Origin: Pirellulales bacterium
GTDB taxonomy: Bacteria > Planctomycetota > Planctomycetia > Pirellulales > PALSA-1355
Reading direction: 5' to 3'
Length of the DNA: 64,000 nt
Assembly (NCBI GenBank): GCA_963733035.1
Contig: CAVTBU010000005.1
Coordinates: 2,624,001 to 2,688,000 of the forward strand
Shown: positions 62,203 to 64,000 of the stretch, in pieces
How the letters are laid out: every line of letters starts with the position of its first letter
Numbering within the stretch: position 1 is the stretch's first letter
The notes under the pieces: generated by a model
Told to the model about the DNA's origin: nothing
The model's input: the letters and a program-made list of their open reading frames with translations, nothing else
Database searches by the model: none
Made by a program: the position numbers and the translations under genes

Positions 62203-62610
62203 TCACAATTGAACTCGTCGACGCAGCTCTTCCACGGATTTGATCCAGAGGGCGTCGCCAGATTCGGCCCAGAGGTCCTTGAGTTCGGATTGGTCCCCAA
62301 GAATGCGACGGATCACGTTCGCCGCACGACGGATTAACTCAGGCGGTGGGGCGATCGGGTAAGCTGCCACCCAATTGTCAACATTCTCGGTATAAGCGTT
62401 CTGGTATCCCGGATGTCCATTGAGCCGTGCAAGAACCTCGCACGCGGCGAGAGCATTGCACGCGAGATCCTGATCAAGGTATTCACTTCCAATCGCTTCC
62501 ACTTCATCAAAAGCCGTTTCGACGAGGGAAAGATCGTCCACATTCTTTAACTCATATGCCCAATCGCACGCGGTGTCATTGTCGAAGGCGAGTTCTCCCC
62601 ACGCACCCAT
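62203..62610 (-). CDS. DUF4259-family protein
   Basis: MGAWG..AFDND.ACDW ... SELKDLW.ES. Confidence 0.8.
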   Translation of the reverse strand: MGAWGELAFDNDTACDWAYELKNVDDLSLVETAFDEVEAIGSEYLDQDLACNALAACEVLARLNGHPGYQNAYTENVDNWVAAYPIAPPPELIRRAANVIRRILGDQSELKDLWAESGDALWIKSVEELRRRVQL

Positions 62611-62834
62611 CGGTATCTTCACTCGGCAATGTAGGTCGAGAATTGTCCGATCAACATGACGCAGATTATCACGAAATGCCAACAGCGGCAAACGAAACAT
62701 CGTACGTACGAGCCACTTCCGTGACTTGCATAGTCACCACCGGGTCCATGCCAGAAAGTGTTGTAAGGATCGACAGGTACAGCAGGGTTCACGGGTACAA
62801 TTAGGTGAGAGGCACGCGGAGGTGAGGCACGTAC

Positions 62835-63307
62835 ATGGAAGTGATTCGAGGTTCAGCCGAGCACGCCCACGCTGTTGCTGACTACTGGAACACCAAGGCC
62901 CAAGACAAGGATTCGTGATGGTACTCCGCGCCGGCCAAGACTGCGGGCGACATCACGGACCTGCTGTCGCAGGGCTATTCGTTGGTCGTCGCGATCGACG
63001 CCGAGCAGCTAATCGGGTTCGGCATGTGGTTCGGTCCACGGTTGATCGGATTCACCGCCATGGGGGCCGAAGCGTTCTATCGCATGATGCGTGTGTGGGC
63101 AGTCGAGAATCCGGGACAACGACGCCTTTCGATCATTCCCGCTCGATCCACAACCGAGAAGGCCTGGACCGATGCGCTGGACGTGGCCGACATCACGCCC
63201 GTTGGAAACTTAGTCGTGCCGCAAACCCGCAACGGGTGGCGATTTGTGTACGGATTCGCGTCGCGACCGTACGGATCGCATCGCGCTGCACTCGCCGAAA
63301 AGAGAAC
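62835..63307 (+). pseudogene. Interrupted hypothetical gene, weakly GNAT-like
   Basis: GAGG-type RBS, ATG 62835, in-frame TGA at 62916, frame continues as ORF 62982 and runs into the att/tRNA. Confidence 0.5.
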
Positions 63308-63381
63308 TACGCCCGGCAGGATTCGAACCTGCAACCCTCGGTTCCGAAGACCGATGCGCTATCCAATTGCGCCACGGGCGC
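63308..63381 (-). tRNA. tRNA-Arg(TCG)
   Basis: Reverse complement GCGCCCGTGGCGCAATTGGATAGCGCATCGGTCTTCGGAACCGAGGGTTGCAGGTTCGAATCCTGCCGGGCGTA; CCA not encoded. Confidence 0.95.
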
Positions 63382-63598
63382 GTGCGTTTCTCGTGATTTA
63401 GCTTACGCTTCGCGGCCCCGGGCGACAAGCGTTGGGGCTTGCGGGACCTGCTGAGCGGGCAAACGCGGGGAAACTCCGGCTGGCTTGCGGCACAACGCAC
63501 GGCGCGGCTTGAGCGGGCGGGGGCTGGATGTTATAAGCGCAGGTGTCCGAGGCTGGGCCGCGGCGCGCGTTTTTCATCTCTGCCCCCCCGATGCATCC

Positions 63599-64000
63599 AT
63601 GGCGCAGATCACCCTACGTGTCCTCGACGGCGCCGATCGTGGCCGGGTCTATGAGGATCTGCAAACACCCGTCACCATCGGCCGCGAAGAAGGCAATTCG
63701 CTGCAACTCAATGACGAACGGGTGAGCCGCTTTCACGTCAAGATCCAGGAAGATCAGGACAAGATCGTCATCACCGACCTGGAAAGCACCAACGGCACCA
63801 AAGTAAACGGCGAGGATATCCAACTCCGCATCCTCCGCTACGGCGACATCATCAGCCTGGGCCGCTCGGTGCTGCTATTCGGCTCGCGTGAACAAATCGC
63901 CGAACGCCTTGCGGCACTGCGCGGCGACAATCCCGGCTCCGGGGGTCTGGCAGAAATGCCGCCGGCAGGTCAGGCCGGTTCGCTCGAGTTCGAATTGAAC
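63599..64000 (+). CDS. FHA-domain protein (runs off the 3' edge)
   Basis: TIGREEGN, VSRFH, DLESTNGT.VNG, GD.I.LG. Confidence 0.88.
   Translation, partial: MAQITLRVLDGADRGRVYEDLQTPVTIGREEGNSLQLNDERVSRFHVKIQEDQDKIVITDLESTNGTKVNGEDIQLRILRYGDIISLGRSVLLFGSREQIAERLAALRGDNPGSGGLAEMPPAGQAGSLEFELN

Larger units (their letters stand above)
61068..63341. mobile_element. Degenerate tRNA-Arg-integrated element (2240 bp between repeat starts), no integrase
   Basis: Flanking 34-bp direct repeats; visibly lower GC; small orphan ORFs. Confidence 0.8.

Noticed and set aside
62916..62918. In-frame TGA as possible recoding or selenocysteine
   Set aside because: TGA is a normal stop elsewhere in the window, the context suggests TGG>TGA, and the gene lies in a decaying element.
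1..64000. CRISPR array, cas genes, retron/reverse transcriptase, integrase, rRNA
   Set aside because: No regularly spaced repeats and no recognisable motifs for these were seen.

Overview
GC-rich bacterial chromosome segment. Gene content (DUF1501 x2, TIGR03009- and TIGR03067-type proteins, PVC-type CxxCH giant protein, planctomycete-type cytochrome c, PEP-CTERM protein) points to a planctomycete, probably Pirellulales-like; this is an inference. The backbone carries the end of speA, an nfeD-nfeD-floA-yqfB-like operon, a nif3/GT2/BshC-like/inositol-3-phosphate-synthase cluster, M48 and M50 proteases, a penicillin-acylase-family gene, a sugar ABC transporter, csrA, rlmN-modAB(fused)-modC, hydrolases, a sulfatase, a sialidase-like gene and two tRNAs (Leu-TAA, Arg-TCG). 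About ten frameshifts split otherwise intact conserved genes and are most likely long-read indel errors. There are three accessory patches: (i) 19.4-25.3 kb, with a diverged 180-bp direct repeat around a PEP-CTERM cargo gene plus an AHH-nuclease/Imm11-like pair; (ii) a mosaic of remnants plus an intact SMI1/KNR4-ankyrin gene after tRNA-Leu; (iii) a 2.24-kb integrase-less element flanked by 34-bp tRNA-Arg att repeats. The best novelty candidates are an unannotated, highly structured ~380-nt putative ncRNA at 25.5-25.9 kb, a second ~190-nt sRNA candidate at 38.4 kb, and the GT2 + BshC-like + Ino1 cluster as a possible new thiol or aminoacyl-glycoside pathway. All family calls are from motif recognition by eye; no database searches were run.
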